DNA of 25,637 nt from Gemmatimonadales bacterium (GTDB taxonomy: Bacteria; Gemmatimonadota; Gemmatimonadetes; Gemmatimonadales; GWC2-71-9). The notes below the pieces were generated by a model. That model ran no database searches. It was not told where the DNA came from and saw nothing but the letters and a program-made list of their open reading frames with translations. The position numbers were made by a program, and so were the translations under genes. The first letter of the stretch is position 1. Every line of letters starts with the position of its first letter. Location: NCBI GenBank assembly GCA_041577295.1, contig JBFGJG010000055.1:1-25637 (forward strand), written 5' to 3'. Shown here one piece after another: positions 23,958 through 25,637 of the stretch.

Positions 23958-25244
23958 ATGGACTCAGGAACTACGGCAACGGCACGTAGGACCGCTGCTG
24001 CCTGGTGTCTCTACGACTGGGCGAACTCCCCGTTCACCACCCTGGTGGTGACGTTTATCTACGGGACCTACTTCACACAAGCCATTGCACCAAACGAGAT
24101 CTCGGGGACGGCATCCTGGTCGCTTGGCATCACGGTGTCGGCGCTGGCCGTCGCGCTGTTGTCACCGGCCCTCGGCGCCGCGGCCGATCGTACGGGATCC
24201 CGGGTCCGATACCTCCTCTGGGCGACGCTGGTCTGCGTGATCGCAACGACGGTACTCACGTTCGTTGCACCGGGATCCAAGAACGCGGTCATGACGGCAC
24301 TGGTCGTGTTCGTCGTGGCGAACATCGCGTTCGAGATGGGAATGGTGTTCTATAACGCGCTGCTCCCAAGCATTGCGACACCCGAGAAGATCGGGCGACT
24401 GTCTGGGTACGGGTGGGGGTTGGGGTACGTTGGTGGGCTCGCCGCCTTGGTGGTTGCATTGATCGGGTTTGTCCAGCCGGAGGTTCCATGGTTCGGCTTG
24501 TCTCGAGACGAGGGATTCAACATCCGCGCAACCAACCTGTTGGTTGCGGTATGGCTGCTCGTGTTCAGCGCTCCGGTCTTTTTTTTCCTGCGAGAAGAGC
24601 GGACCGCCGCACCGGCGAGCCACGGCGGGACGCTGCGGGAGCTCTGGCGCACGTTTCACGAGGTCCGCCGATTTCGTGAGGCGGCGAAGTTCTTGCTCGC
24701 CCGATTGATCTACAACGACGGGCTCGTGACCATCTTTGCATTCGGGGGGATCTACGCAGCGGGCACCTTTGGGTTCACGTTTACCGAGATCCTCATTTTC
24801 GGAATCGTGATCAACGTTGCGGCGGGGTTGGGCGCCCTCTCGTTTGGCTTCGTGGACGATCTCATCGGCGGCAAAAGGACGGTCATGGTGAGTGTCGTCG
24901 CCTTGGGGATTGCCACAGCCATTGCGGCGTGGTCACCGAGCCGCGAGTGGTTCTGGGTCGCCGGCGTGTTGATCGGCATCTTTGCTGGTCCCAACCAGGC
25001 GGCGAGCCGATCGCTCATGGGACGATTCGTCCCCGAGGGCCGGCAGGCGGAGTTCTTTGGATTCTTCGCGTTCTCTGGGAAGTTCACCGCGTTCCTCGGT
25101 CCACTCCTGTTGGGGCGTGCCACCGAGTTGTTCCAGAGCCAGCGTGTTGGAGTCTCCACGCTGTTGGTGTTCTTCGTCGTGGGGGGCATCCTGCTGGCGA
25201 CGGTCAGCGAACCGCGAGGCATCGCGGCGGCGCGGGAGGCTTGA
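23958..25244 (+). CDS. MFS transporter, UMF1/Atg22-like
   Basis: AWCLYDWANSPF, SPALGAAAD, VFYNALLP, GRLSGYGWGLGYVGG, YNDG, QAASRSL and AEFFGFFAFSGK. GAGGAG RBS. Confidence 0.92.
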   Translation: MDSGTTATARRTAAAWCLYDWANSPFTTLVVTFIYGTYFTQAIAPNEISGTASWSLGITVSALAVALLSPALGAAADRTGSRVRYLLWATLVCVIATTVLTFVAPGSKNAVMTALVVFVVANIAFEMGMVFYNALLPSIATPEKIGRLSGYGWGLGYVGGLAALVVALIGFVQPEVPWFGLSRDEGFNIRATNLLVAVWLLVFSAPVFFFLREERTAAPASHGGTLRELWRTFHEVRRFREAAKFLLARLIYNDGLVTIFAFGGIYAAGTFGFTFTEILIFGIVINVAAGLGALSFGFVDDLIGGKRTVMVSVVALGIATAIAAWSPSREWFWVAGVLIGIFAGPNQAASRSLMGRFVPEGRQAEFFGFFAFSGKFTAFLGPLLLGRATELFQSQRVGVSTLLVFFVVGGILLATVSEPRGIAAAREA

Positions 25245-25272
25245 TCAGGGGACGCGGTCGAATCGGCCTGAG

Positions 25273-25637
25273 CTACGCCATGACGGCCGCAGCGTAGGAG
25301 ACGACGTCATCGTCATCTCCGGTGACCATGCCGCTGTGCCGATAGTCGATCACCGTAGCAGCCCGGCCGCCGAGCTGCTTGATGGTCTCCATGATAGTCG
25401 CCACGGCGGCGCGCCCGCACATGGTGATCTTCTTCCGACGGCACGCCACCAGCAGTCCTCGTCCGTCCAACCGCTCAATCGCTTCGAGGGCAATCTCGTC
25501 TTTGCGGCGCGCCGACGTGGCGGACTCGTAGTGAGTCATGTCCGACGACGCGAGCAGGAGTACGTCCGGCCGCTTTGCCACCAGCTCGGCCAACGCACCT
25601 CCTAGCTCACGACAGCGCGCCCAATCGTCCCATGCGA
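25273..25637 (-). CDS. amrB: AmmeMemoRadiSam system protein B (MEMO1 family), 3' part only
   Basis: LLLASSDMTHY, ITMCG and Y..SG..TGD...VVSYAA. Frame is open to the window edge. Confidence 0.9.
   Translation of the reverse strand, partial: AWDDWARCRELGGALAELVAKRPDVLLLASSDMTHYESATSARRKDEIALEAIERLDGRGLLVACRRKKITMCGRAAVATIMETIKQLGGRAATVIDYRHSGMVTGDDDDVVSYAAAVMA

Overview
High-GC bacterial chromosomal segment; gene content and short intergenic repeats suggest Gemmatimonadota or similar, which is a low-confidence inference. No mobile element, CRISPR array, tRNA or rRNA was seen. Left to right: 5'-truncated rmuC and a coupled membrane protein; a Cys-rich MarR followed by an unannotated 19-aa six-cysteine peptide gene (MLFATQCCPDCPPGACPCC), both preceded by the same AGTTG-N7-CAACT palindrome; glutamate dehydrogenase; ypdA; glyoxylate shunt aceB-aceA behind a sigma54-like promoter; a YbaK-family deacylase; an 8-gene minus-strand sulfur operon (dsrE2, tusA, CstB-type persulfide dioxygenase, tandem rhodanese, ArsR, fused 4Fe-4S/NrfD protein, Tat-less Cys-ligated molybdoenzyme, TorD-like chaperone) with a divergent SulP; a three-subunit xanthine dehydrogenase, an aldolase/citrate-lyase-like protein and an MFS transporter; and the 3' end of amrB. 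The two best candidates for undescribed systems are the MarR plus micro-metallothionein-like peptide module and the persulfide-oxidation operon wired to a cytoplasm-facing, quinone-linked molybdoenzyme. All calls rest on motif recognition by eye; no searches were run.
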